Positions 22,401 to 33,359 are shown, numbered from the whole stretch's first letter. The stretch: 63,793 nucleotides of DNA, filler included, from Piptocephalis cylindrospora (GCA_003614145.1; 7 parts of 7 records of this genome joined end to end with filler, not necessarily neighbours in it); one strand, 5' to 3'. The notes: generated by a model not told the origin, from the sequence alone. Numbers and translations: made by a program.

Positions 22401-23718
22401 CGTATGAATGGGATGAAGCTATACGTGGAGAAATTTACCTCTAGGAAGGAGATGTATGGGGAGCAAGAGGGGAGGCGGGGATGAAGATTTGGATGCTGAT
22501 TGTAAAGAGAAAGGAAGGAGATAACGTGTTATGCGTGTTTGGGACTACACAAGACGCTAGATAGGATGAGAAATGAAGGAAGAAGAGAAGAGAAGATGGA
22601 TTGAGATTCAAGCGAACGGGATGGGGGGGGGAACAAAAGAGGCAATAGGGGGGAGAAGGTTTATATTCCAAAGACAAATGCACGTCGATGATCCGAGCAT
22701 GGGGGGAGGGGGTGAGGACCCAACCCCGGTTCCAAGGACAAGGCCACTATCCTACCATTCTTCAGTACATGTGGCCCAGGAAGGGAGAAAGAGGGGGGAA
22801 GGGAGAGTGAGCTAGGCACCGCTAGGATGGAGACGTGGATCAGGGTTGTTTAGGGGAGAAGAGGGTTTGTGGTAACGGGGATATTTAGGACAGGAGATTG
22901 ACAAGGGAGATAAAAAGGATCAGCGCCCAGGATGAATGAGGGGGGCGGAGGTGAAGATCTCGTGTGTGGATCGGAGTATAGAAGTGGAATGGGTCCGAGC
23001 GATGGTTGCTTACGTGGTAAGGTATAGAAGTACGATTGAATAATGGAGAAATACAAAGAAGATTCCATGGTAGTCAACGATAAAGAGGGGTAGAAGGAAA
23101 GGAGAAGATTAGGGATAGGGACAGGGATAGGGATAGGAGCAAGAGCGTACGAGTCAGAGTGATGGCTGGAAGATGGGTCCTTCACCTCGTCTGCGATGGC
23201 TACATTATCACCTATGAAGATAGAACGAGCATAGCTCACGCTTCCCCTTGGGGTAAAGGAGAGGGAATAGTGACACAGAGAGAGAGGGGGCGGGGCGGGG
23301 TGAGGAAAACACCTCCAGCTACCCCTGGGGAAAGAGAGGAAGATCAAGAGAGGAGAGGGGGCAGGACGGGGGCAATTCTGTCTTATCCATAAACAACCTC
23401 CATCTTACCCTTCCCCTACCCTTCTCCTGCTCTCCCCCTGGTTTATGACTCGAACCTACATTTGACACCCCGTGTGTGGGGGAATGTGCATACACCAGCA
23501 ACTAGGAAAAGTGCTCTATGAAGCACGTGCGTGCATTTCCCCATCCATATTCCCGAACCCTGTTTGTTCCCAGGGATGGTGGACGAATGAGAAGCACTAG
23601 TGTCAATTATCGTACCAATATGGTCACATTTAACACATTAGTGTCCATTTCCAAAGGCCAATAGCCATTCCTACACAGATAGTTGCATCGGCCCACCTCC
23701 CCGGGGGAAAAAGCGTCA

Positions 23719-25285
23719 TCACACCTGAGAGGCAATAGCCTCGGGAGCAGCCGTTGTTCCTTCCTCCTGACGTCTTTTCGATTGATGGGCAGGGCAATCC
23801 GAGGCCTTGCCGGTGGCCCGACAACACTTTCGACACAGAAGGCCCTGACACTTGGGCGATGCGCCATTCTTGCACCCACTGCACTGAGGACCTGATTCTT
23901 TCTTGCGTTTCTTGCGATCATCCTCTTTGGCCTCGACACCCTTGCCGTCGACACCCTTTCCCCCGACTCCATCTGCCCCCTTCCTCTTGGGAGGGGCCAT
24001 CGGAGGTCGGACATACGGTTGACAAAGCCAGTGCGGATGTCGGGGGGTACCAGTCACCTCATCCAACAATGAGGCCTTGCCCCCATTTACCCCATCCCCT
24101 TCCTTGGCCTCGATCTGAAGTCGCTCAGCCAACTCGGCGGTCAGAGTAACCAAAGCATCCAAATCTCCAGCCCGACCAAGCCGATCGCGAAGGTCCGTGT
24201 GCTTGGCTAAACAGGGCCTGTAAAGTTTGAAGAGATGGCCGCGGATACTGGAAAGACGCGTAGGAAGTTCTCGACATATCTCCAAGTACTCTTGGCCCAT
24301 CTTCCAGACCTCGGGATGGAGTCCGGCAAAGATGGCCGGGTTGTACAGATTCCCCTCGGCAGACATGACCCCGACGGCCCCAGTAGCCTCAAGACACCGA
24401 GGCACATCTTCAGGCTCCAAGATATTCCCATTGGCAATCACTGGGATGGACAGGGACTCCCGCACCGCCCGGATCTGTTCCCAGTCCGCCAGGCCGGTAT
24501 TATGACCCCGTTGCTCTCGCACTCGGCCATGGACTCCAAGAAGCTGAGCCCCAGCATCCTGGATCATCTTGGCATATGCTAAAGTCCGTTCTAACTCGGG
24601 GAAAATTCGGATCTTGACCGTCACTGGTACAGCAAGATTCTTGTGCAAGGTCGATACCATCTTGGCAATCACATCCCAATCTTCCTGGAGAAAGGATCCA
24701 TAGTGCCCACGTCGTGCAATATCCTGGGGGCACCCGAGATTTAAATCCACAGCGTCACACTGACCCTCCACATACTTGGCTGCCGTGAGCAGTGTATCAG
24801 GGTCATTGGCGCAAAACTGGGGCGGAGGGAGGTCAGTTCAGGCGGAAAATACTCTCCACTTCCCCGACCGCACGGCTTACCTGAACAATTAAGGGTCGGT
24901 CCGTTGGGTCAGTTGTAAAGTGCTCCTTGCGATACTTTTCATTCTCGGCAAAAAGTCGAGCATGTAACATGGGCGTATAGCACAACTCAGTCCCGTACCG
25001 TCGGCACAGTCGTCTCCAGGCATGTTCCGACTGATCTACCATTGGCGCCATCACATGTTTGGCCCCACGCAACGTCTTTTCCCAAAACTCAAAGCCCTCT
25101 AGTTTGGGTGGGATCTGGGTGAGGGTCATCGCGGAGGATGTAGTGGAGGTCTTGTCGATCGATCCTAGCGCCGTATTGGGAGTATCCAGAGTCATGAGGT
25201 CAAGAGAGTAGAGCCGGGTAGAACGGATCAAGGGACGTTGATGCAAGAAAAGGAAACGGTGAATAGCACGTACACAGGGTACCAT
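23719..25285 (-). CDS. DUS1: tRNA-dihydrouridine synthase Dus1, 2 exons (intron 24880-24817)
   Basis: [81 protein letters not shown], and a C-terminal Cys-rich region. Confidence 0.96.
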
Positions 25286-25772
25286 CAAGGGATGGGGAGG
25301 AAAAGGATAAAGAAAAAGAAAAAATGCGGCACTTAATCTTGTGCGTGTGCTGGGAAGGGAGGACGTTTGGATTGAGTGTGTGTGCTGTGCAAATCAGGCG
25401 GAACACAGCGTGCTTCTTGCACTATGCTGTGTAACTCAGGCAGAATGCTCTGATCTGCACAATGTGCAGTGTGTGTGTGCGCAAGGATGAGTCCAATGAG
25501 ACTAGATACCACAGCAGTCCTGCGCGTTAGTACATACTGTGCCCGTATGCCCCTGATCGACTGAGCAAGATATTTTACCTTGGATGATCAACTATAGACA
25601 TTCATACTCTGATAAAAAAACCTCATTTACGCCCCTGGTACACCCCCTCAACAGTCCCCTACATAGCGAAACACAGGCAAGACACAAAGAATATCCTTGA
25701 GGGAAGGAAGAGTGGTCCTCGAACCCCACCCATCCATATTACAATCCCCCAAGCACCCATACAGCCAGACCC

Positions 25773-26423
25773 CTACTCAACATCCGGCTCGGCATCAGTT
25801 TCCCCGTACATGAACCACTTGGCGTTGGCACTAGTACAGGGCATACCAGTAAAGGTAAAGCCGGAAAATCCAAAGCAATCCTTCCGGTTGTTCCCGCCAA
25901 TAGTGACAACTGATGAATTGGCCCGGTCCAAGTCAACCATGATCTGCTGCATTTGCTTGTCACTTCGGTCAAAAAGGCAATTTTGGATGGAAGGCGAGGT
26001 GGAATCCATGGAATATTGCGCACAAGCATACTCGCTTGGCTTATCCGGTGTGGTCACATTGAGCTCCAGGATCAAAAGTTGGGCTATGTGCTTCTTGAGC
26101 AAGTCTTCAGCCAGATCCCAAATCCCAACGGTCGTGCCATTGTCCTTGGTTACCCTTGGATCGTAATTCTTGGTGGGGATGACCATGGTTAGGCGACCCT
26201 CTGAAGTAGAGCCCGTATCCGGAGCGACATATCCACTCAAGAAGAATCCCGTGCCCATGTGTCGGAAGGCAAATCTACCCGATTTACGATCTTCCGGGTT
26301 CGTAATCTGAGAATTAATTGCCTTGAGATCGACCTTGGACAGACCGAGCTTGTCGTTCGCAGAACGGGCTCTGTCGATAAGGAGGAGGAGTAGGCAACTT
26401 AAAATCAGATGGACCAGGTGCAT
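25773..26423 (-). CDS. Secreted protein, possible ricin-B/beta-trefoil lectin-like fold
   Basis: Signal peptide MHLVHLILSCLLLLLIDRARS. Three-part pattern FRHMGTGFFLS...IW / YACAQY...QNC...QQI / KDCFG...PC...AKW with paired Cys. N-glycosylation sequons NGT, NVT, NSS. Confidence 0.6.
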   Translation of the reverse strand: MHLVHLILSCLLLLLIDRARSANDKLGLSKVDLKAINSQITNPEDRKSGRFAFRHMGTGFFLSGYVAPDTGSTSEGRLTMVIPTKNYDPRVTKDNGTTVGIWDLAEDLLKKHIAQLLILELNVTTPDKPSEYACAQYSMDSTSPSIQNCLFDRSDKQMQQIMVDLDRANSSVVTIGGNNRKDCFGFSGFTFTGMPCTSANAKWFMYGETDAEPDVE

Positions 26424-28021
26424 TGTGGGAAAAGAGAGTGGCTAAGGGGGCTGGGAGGTTTAAAGTGAGGAGGATGGAGGTGGAGGTGGGGGAGGGGAAG
26501 GTTAGGATCCCTGTGCGATGCACCAGGCAAGCAGACAATGGATGGGTGAGGGGGATGGAGAAAGAGGTTGACGGGAGGTGGCAGGGGTGGAAAGCGTTGA
26601 CAGAGGAGCTTTTTCGAAAAGCGGGCAAAGGTCAAGGTGTGAGAGAAGGGAAGGAGAAAGCAAGAAGTGGAAGAGGATGTGAAAGAGAGGCTAGGACCAA
26701 AAAACCAAGGAGGATGGGAGATGATGATGAGATGGGGATTTACAAAGCGGAGTTATGGTAGTGTCTTGCCGGAACCTGAAATCAAAGACATAAATATTAA
26801 ACTCCGACATTTAGTCTGGGGGCTGGAGAAAAGGCTGAGTTTTCTGGTAGGTGGAATCCCCCATAGACTTGGACGTTATGGATAAGCTGTGGCTCTCTTA
26901 GGAAGGAGAAGGATGTTTCAATGTGATGAATGATCTTAAAGGAAGTGAATAGCCCTCTAGCGCAGGTAGAGCTGCTGTATTTGAACGTAGAGGGTTCTTT
27001 TATTGATGCAGCTGGGGAGTTTCTAAAAGATATTCATTTCGACAGTAGACAGACATTTGATGGGTTGGTTCAACGTGTATTCATTTTTCTTTTATTGCTA
27101 AAGACTGATTAGGAAAGGATAGTGTTGTGTTGGAAATGGAGATCTGAATCTCACGATGGAATTAGAAGAGCTTGAAATTTGGTCTTGGAAATCTTAATCA
27201 GGGCTTGGCTTTCTTTATCTTGAGGAATCTTGGATCGGCAAAATGGGACTTAGGGACGTGTTCTTAACTGGAATCAATTCTTATCAAAGGGTATCTTAAT
27301 CAGGGGAGGGTTCACGAGGGAGGAGGGGATGGAAAAATGGAGGGAGTGTGTCGCTTGACGAGGAAAGTAGAATGATAGAGAAGAGACCAAAGCTCTNNNN
27401 NNNNNNNNNNNNNNNNNNNNNNNNNNNNNNNNNNNNNNNNTTAATTAATTAANNNNNNNNNNNNNNNNNNNNNNNNNNNNNNNNNNNNNNNNNNNNAACC
27501 CAGATTATGAGAGTCAGAGTCTCATGTGCTAACCATTACACTACAGGACCATGTTTTTTTGAAGAAATAAAAAATACTACATCTCAATTTACCCTAAAAT
27601 AAATAATTGACAAAAGGACATGGTTATAATGGTTTTAAATTGATTAGATGATCTATGCACATATTCAAAATTAAAAACAGAATAGAGGAGAATACATCTG
27701 TTTTTTATCCTTACTCTGTTGCATAGGGTTACTATTACTTATAAGCTAAAAGGGATATTCTTAATGAATAATGCACTTTCATAAGGCATTTCTATTCAGA
27801 CCTAGTGCGTCTTTTTGGAGCTCTCTCAATCTACCATGATTCTATTGCTTTCAATGTATAATACAATGCATGAATGGATCTTGCATCACGCCTCCCCTTT
27901 CATAGATGATGAGATGGAGAGGGCAATCCAAGAGATGAGCATGGTCATCAAGGCAAATCGTGTCTACTATCACTACATTTCCCATCGGTCATCCTGTCTA
28001 TGCATACCACGGATGCCCTCG

Positions 28022-28477
28022 TCACTGGTTTCGAGAACCTTCCCAAACGAGGGCAGCGATGGAATAACCAAAAGCCATAGCACATACAAGACCCAGAGAC
28101 CAGATACCCGTGGAATCCTCGTTGAGAGGACGACGAAAACGAACAAGTAAAGATTGCATCCTCAAATACCTCCATAGGGCCAGAAGGAGAGTGACACAGC
28201 CAATGGCTATCGCAGCGACGCCGGCGGCCCTAGCGGCGTGGGTGGTTGGGGGAAGGCGGCCACTGGAGGACACGGCTGCTGCATCTGACTGGGTTGTACC
28301 TCCATCCTCAGGATTGTTCGCCAAGGGGAAGCGAAAGTTAAGGATGAGTAGGCCGCCCACGGCGCTCAGGGAAAAGGACAGGCGTATCCAGGACATAAAA
28401 GTCCTCTCTAGACCTAGGTGATCCCTAGCGGCCGAACCAATGTGCGGGACGGGAAGGTGTTCCTGGATGGGGGGCAT
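28022..28477 (-). CDS. DUF202 domain membrane protein (YidH/Vtc1-like)
   Basis: ARDHLGLERTFMSWIRLSFSL matches the DUF202 motif RDHLANERTFLAW.R. Three TM segments. Confidence 0.88.
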   Translation of the reverse strand: MPPIQEHLPVPHIGSAARDHLGLERTFMSWIRLSFSLSAVGGLLILNFRFPLANNPEDGGTTQSDAAAVSSSGRLPPTTHAARAAGVAAIAIGCVTLLLALWRYLRMQSLLVRFRRPLNEDSTGIWSLGLVCAMAFGYSIAALVWEGSRNQ

Positions 28478-29100
28478 CGTATCTGAAGAGGATTGATAGG
28501 GATAAAAGGTGGATGGGATGAACGTTGCTATATTTCTGTGGATTTGACCTGTCGGAAAAGGTAGGGGAACACTTGTCCTACCACCACCATCACACTGTGT
28601 TGTTTAGAGGAGAAAGAAGCCAAGGGGGGCGGGGGCGGAGGTGAGGGGTGCGTTTGCCTATTGTTTGGTGAGATGGGGACAGCACATGCAGTCCGTCCTT
28701 GGGACAAAAGGGACGAGGCTCCACGGTAGACTGGGGAATCCATCCCAGACTTTATTTTGTACCAGGTGCACTATCATTCTTTCTTAGCTTGTGGCGAGCC
28801 AAGCGGAGGTGATTTACCCTGCCTACAGGGACGACCATTCCAAGCTGGGGGAATCTCATGCCACAGATCTCTCCCACATTTACCGCCTGTCAATACGTAA
28901 CATCGGCACTTTCTTATGCCGTACTTGTGGGGGATGCCTTCTTCCCAAGCTTGCACTAAAGCGTGTTCACCTTTTCCTTCCTCCTCCACGTCCTTTTTCT
29001 TTCTCTCTCCTCAATCCCACATCCTCGCCCATTCTGTACTCTGTCCATTGGCCTCGCCAAACAACACTTCCTCTTACTCCATAGGGTTTGTTTATCCACC

Positions 29101-30246
29101 ATGTCGGATGACTCTCACAGATCCACGGATGGTGCCGGCCAGTCCAGCACGGCTAATTCTGGCGATGGCCGCGCCACTACGGACTTACCGTCCCTTCCAG
29201 CCTCGACAACGCGCACAGAGCCCATAAATGAATCGGAGAACAGGAGCGAACGACTCCAGCGACTCTTTGCTGCCAATCCCACGAAAAACGCCTTATCAAC
29301 TAAGGTACCGCCTACTACTCCCCCGCCTACCAAAGAGGCCTCACAGGATCAACCTCAACGAGGTACGACTCCTGTGGAATCAGGCACGGAGGAATTTTTG
29401 TCTGATGCGTCCATGGAGCCCAAGGATCTCCCTGCATCGTCATCTCTTACCGACTCGGACACCTCCTCAGCTCATAGGGAGGCTATGGTTCGTAAGGGCG
29501 TTCAGTTCCTACAATCGCCCACGGTCAAATCCGCACCGTGGGAGAAGAAAAAGGCCTTTTTACTGGGCAAGGGCTTGACCGATGCAGAGATCACTCTAGC
29601 TAGGGAAAGGGCTCATGCCTCGGTGGAAAGTGAGACGAATGGTGGGGAAAAGGCCTCGCTTCCTCTTGCTCCTCTTCCTCAGACTCCATATGATATGCAG
29701 CAAACGGCTCCTCCTCCTTTGCCCCCACGACCCATTGTTGTAGAGGTTCAGCGTAGGGATCATTGGTTGACGTGGAAAATGGCGGCCTTTGGATTGGCTG
29801 GAGGATCCGTGGCATTGACTGGACTGGTCGCTCTCTGCCAACGCAGGGTCATTCCTCTTCTTTTACGGATACTTCAAGGGAGAAGGAAACGGCTTTCGGA
29901 TCACAGAGAGGCTTTTTCACGTTTGGCCGACAAGATGGATTCCACGGCCTCCACCATCCCTGCACCCCCAGCCAATCCTTTGTCCCTGGACCTGACCTTT
30001 TTCAAGCATCCTCCCCTCGGGCACAAGGGTACCGTGGAGAACGAGGTGCTCAAGCACCTCGGAGAACTCTCCACCCTCATCACCGCCAGCATGTATGGGT
30101 CTAGCGAGTCCCAGGTCAGGTGGAGGGACGCGATAGATTCATTTCGCGGCCAGGTCCGCAGTATCAAGGGAGGATTGCTGAGCCGTCGAAACTTTCCCAT
30201 GTACCCTCCCACTGCCAGTGATCGAGAGGGCCTTGCTGGACAATGA
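29101..30246 (+). CDS. PEX14: Peroxisomal docking protein, Pex14 family (Pex14 or Pex14/17)
   Basis: Pex14_N motif REAMVRKGVQFLQSPTVKSAPWEKKKAFLLGKGLTDAEI, Pro-rich PPPLPPR, a TM segment, and C-terminal VRSIKGGLLSRRNFP. ATG in CCACCATG context at 29101. Confidence 0.85.
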   Translation: MSDDSHRSTDGAGQSSTANSGDGRATTDLPSLPASTTRTEPINESENRSERLQRLFAANPTKNALSTKVPPTTPPPTKEASQDQPQRGTTPVESGTEEFLSDASMEPKDLPASSSLTDSDTSSAHREAMVRKGVQFLQSPTVKSAPWEKKKAFLLGKGLTDAEITLARERAHASVESETNGGEKASLPLAPLPQTPYDMQQTAPPPLPPRPIVVEVQRRDHWLTWKMAAFGLAGGSVALTGLVALCQRRVIPLLLRILQGRRKRLSDHREAFSRLADKMDSTASTIPAPPANPLSLDLTFFKHPPLGHKGTVENEVLKHLGELSTLITASMYGSSESQVRWRDAIDSFRGQVRSIKGGLLSRRNFPMYPPTASDREGLAGQ

Positions 30247-30800
30247 AGGGGGATGAATGTATCTTTGCATCGTTTCTCTTTGGTCTTTAGAAGAAGATGG
30301 GGAATGTGGGAAGGTTATGCGGATTATCCTTGTACACTTTATACGCCCCTACCGCCCACTGTATCCATGTAAGGTGGAGAATTTGAATTTTGAAGCGAGG
30401 AATTCATTTTTGAGCGTGCTTTTAAAGTATTTTCAGGGTTTTGGCGGTTGATGATATGGGTTCAGGTGTGTGCGCTGTGGGGGAGCAAGCCTCTCTTATT
30501 ACCCTGCCCACGCTTCCTACCAGCAATCGCGCCCACCACCATCACATCCCCTTAGTCTATGTATGTGTGAGAGTAGAAAGCGCCCATACTGTGCGGGGTG
30601 CTCCACCCTACCACACAGTCTAGTCCGCTCACGACGCACTGTGGAGTGAGGGTCGAGGTGTCCTTGGAGTGGCACACCCAGGCTGCCACAGCCCGGACTG
30701 GGGAATCCGCCTCTTACATCGTTGACATCGTCTCGGCCCCCCCACCGTACGAACGCGCGCGCTCAACCTTGACCCCTCCTTCTTTCCCCATCGGATCAAC

Positions 30801-32467
30801 ATGGACACGCTTATTCTCCGCGGAACCTTGAAGGGTATGTCGTTATTTGAATAGGAGATCCAGCTAGATGGAAGGATGGGGGTTTGGATGGATGGATGGA
30901 TGGATGGCGAGGGGATGTGGGAAATGGATGGATGTAGGGGAAGGGGAGGGCTATTGGGATGGATGGATGGATGGATGGGGATGAATGGTGCTGGAGGGTT
31001 AGGATCTCCTTGCAGGCCGACGATCCATCCATCCATCCATCCGTCCATTGATCAGGCACATTGAACCTCAAGACATGGTCTTGTTGTTGTTGAGGGTCAA
31101 TGAGTTTATGGGCAGATGGGATGATGGTAAGGATGGGGCCATGACCTGGGCATGCACCTCCCCTTCCCTCCATGCGCTCTGCTCATACCCCGATGCAAGG
31201 TCTATTCTGCTACCTTACTGGAAGCCAATATCATTTCCGCTCATCGCTCATCTCTCCTCCCCTTTCTCCTCCTCTTTCTAGGCCACAACGGCTGGGTCAC
31301 CTCCATTGCCACCTCCCAGGAGAACCCCAACCTCCTTATCTCTGCCTCCCGTGACAAGACCCTCCTCGTCTGGAAGCTTACCCGTGACGAGACCGACTAC
31401 GGTGTCCCCCACCGCTCCCTCACTGGTCACAACCACTTTGTCCAGGATGTCGTCATCTCCTCTGACGGTCAGTTCGCTCTGTCCGCCTCCTGGGATAAGA
31501 CTCTCCGTCTCTGGGACCTGAACACCGGCCGTACCACCCGCCGTTTCCTCGGTCACACCAACGACGTCCTCTCCGTCTCCTTCTCGGCCGACAACCGTCA
31601 GATCGTCTCTGGTTCCCGTGATAAGACCATCAAGCTGTGGAACACCCTCGGCGAGTGCAAGTTCAACATCTCCGAGAACGGCCACACCGAGTGGGTCTCC
31701 TGCGTCCGCTTCTCCCCCAACCCCGCTAACCCCGTCATTGTCTCCGGTGGCTGGGATAAGCTCGTGAAGGTAAGCTGGATTGAGATGGGAGGATCTAACT
31801 CTTCTTCTTGTCCCGGTGACATGGCCAGCACTATCCCAAGGATGTCTATTGAATATTTGCTACTTCAGACTGGGATGTCCTCGCTCCTCTCGGAGGGGGA
31901 GGGCATCTCGATGAGACCAATTGTGTTTACCACATTTCTGATGGAGATCATGCCGTCATGTCCCCTATTAATCTATCCTTCGCCTTGCCTCTCTTCCCTT
32001 TCCCCTATTCACCCCTCCCTCCTTCCCCGTGCTTCTTTCCATAGGTCTGGGAGCTCAACAAGTGCAAGCTCCGCACCAACCACATCGGCCACAACGGTTA
32101 CATCAACACCGTCACCGTCTCCCCCGATGGTTCCCTGTGCGCCTCCGGTGGTAAGGACAGCATTGTCATGCTCTGGGATCTCAACGAGTCCAAGCACCTC
32201 TACTCCCTCGAGGCCGGCGATGTCATCAACGCCCTCGTCTTCTCCCCCAACCGGTACTGGCTCTGCGCTGCCACCGCCTCCGCCATCCGCATCTGGGATC
32301 TCGAGAGCAAGTCTCCCGTCTGCGAGCTTTCCCCCGAGTTCACCGACCTTGGCAAGCACGCCCAGGCCCCCCAGCCCATCTCCCTCGCCTGGTCCGCTGA
32401 TGGCTCCACCCTCTTCTCCGGCTACACCGACAACGTCATCCGTGTCTGGCAGGTCACCCGCGCCTAA
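30801..32467 (+). CDS. ASC1: RACK1/Asc1/Cpc2 WD40 ribosomal protein, exons 30801-30834, 31282-31769, 32045-32467
   Basis: [23 protein letters not shown]...SASRDKT...[32 protein letters not shown]...[13 protein letters not shown]...[25 protein letters not shown]. Strong C-ending codon bias. Confidence 0.98.
31834..31946 (+). ncRNA. SNR24: Box C/D snoRNA U24 (snR24) in RACK1 intron 2
   Basis: Box C-like AGGATGT (31839). Guide TTGAATATTTGCTACT is complementary to conserved LSU rRNA AGUAGCAAAUAUUCAA. D' CAGA (31866), C' ATGAGA (31911), D CTGA (31938), and terminal stem ATCCCA/TGGAGAT. The yeast ASC1 intron is the known U24 host. Confidence 0.9.
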
Positions 32468-32984
32468 ACGGCCTCTAGTTTTCCTGATGGGTCGGGTATC
32501 TAAGGGGTGCTCTTCCAGGGTAGGGGTTGGATGGATTCCTGTCCCCCCTCTCGTCCCCAATGCCCCGGGGGTAAGGAGGAAAAGGGAACGGGAATACCAT
32601 GTCCTTCCTTGTGTGTGTCCTCAAGAGATTTGGCTCGTTTTCCTTTCATCACCTTCTGCCCTGTTTCTCCTTGATACATACATACTTATTGCGACCACAT
32701 CTTCTCCCATCCATGCATGTGGACATCGAAAACTGAGAGGGGTTCCTAGAGGGGAAGGGAGGGGGATCACGTTTGATAGGGTAGTCCATCGTCATGGTGA
32801 GGCGGAGTATAAATGAGATATCTCCATCCTCGCGCTCTGTAGGATGGGATGGTGGGAGAGTAATGATGACATTGGTGTGGATGCTATTGACTTGAGGGGA
32901 CAGGCAAAGCCGATCCTTTTTCCCCTTGCCTTCTTTTTTCCCTACATCCCTCCGTCATCTCAGTCATTCACCCCTTTCAAGCCA

Positions 32985-33359
32985 ATGGACCAAATACTCC
33001 AGGGATTCCTTCTTAATCATGTCAATTCGACATTAACCTCCTTCTTTCAGTCCCTGACCCAGGCTCCGATCTGGGGAGAATATGTCGTGAAGAACCTGGA
33101 GAACCTGGGTCTACCCAAGGACCAAACCCTCTTCCTCCTTCTGGCCACCGCCTTCATCTCCACTATGGTCCTTTACTGTATGCTCATGTCCGTTGTCCGG
33201 TCTTTCCTCACCCTGGTGCGCGTCAGTTTCAAGTTGGCCGCCCTCATGGGCTGTGCCCTGGCTGTCGCCTGGGCCTATGGTCTCTTTGATGTGTGGGGCG
33301 GTGGTACCCTGGTCGTTCCTCCCTCTCAGTCCAAACCCATCTGGAGAACGAGAGCTTAA
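32985..33359 (+). CDS. Small membrane protein (two or three TM segments; Apq12-like topology, unconfirmed)
   Basis: ATG at 32985 and an intronless ORF with hydrophobic segments LFLLLATAFISTMVLYCMLMSVV and LAALMGCALAVAWAYGLF. Confidence 0.6.
   Translation: MDQILQGFLLNHVNSTLTSFFQSLTQAPIWGEYVVKNLENLGLPKDQTLFLLLATAFISTMVLYCMLMSVVRSFLTLVRVSFKLAALMGCALAVAWAYGLFDVWGGGTLVVPPSQSKPIWRTRA

Noticed and set aside
23108..23140. TTAGGG/ATAGGG-like repeats (also near 9028-9045)
   Set aside because: Too few and too degenerate to be telomeric; the genome is rich in purine-run low complexity.
26760..27396. AT-rich segment at the end of contig 3 as a transposon remnant
   Set aside because: No recognisable transposase or RT motif, or terminal repeat, could be read from it.
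30975..31025. SECIS-like ATGA...GA stem
   Set aside because: Lies in an intron rather than a 3' UTR, lacks the apical AA, and RACK1 has no in-frame TGA.
31152..32816. 554-aa ORF overlapping RACK1
   Set aside because: Artefact of reading through introns into a shifted frame; the spliced RACK1 model explains the sequence.
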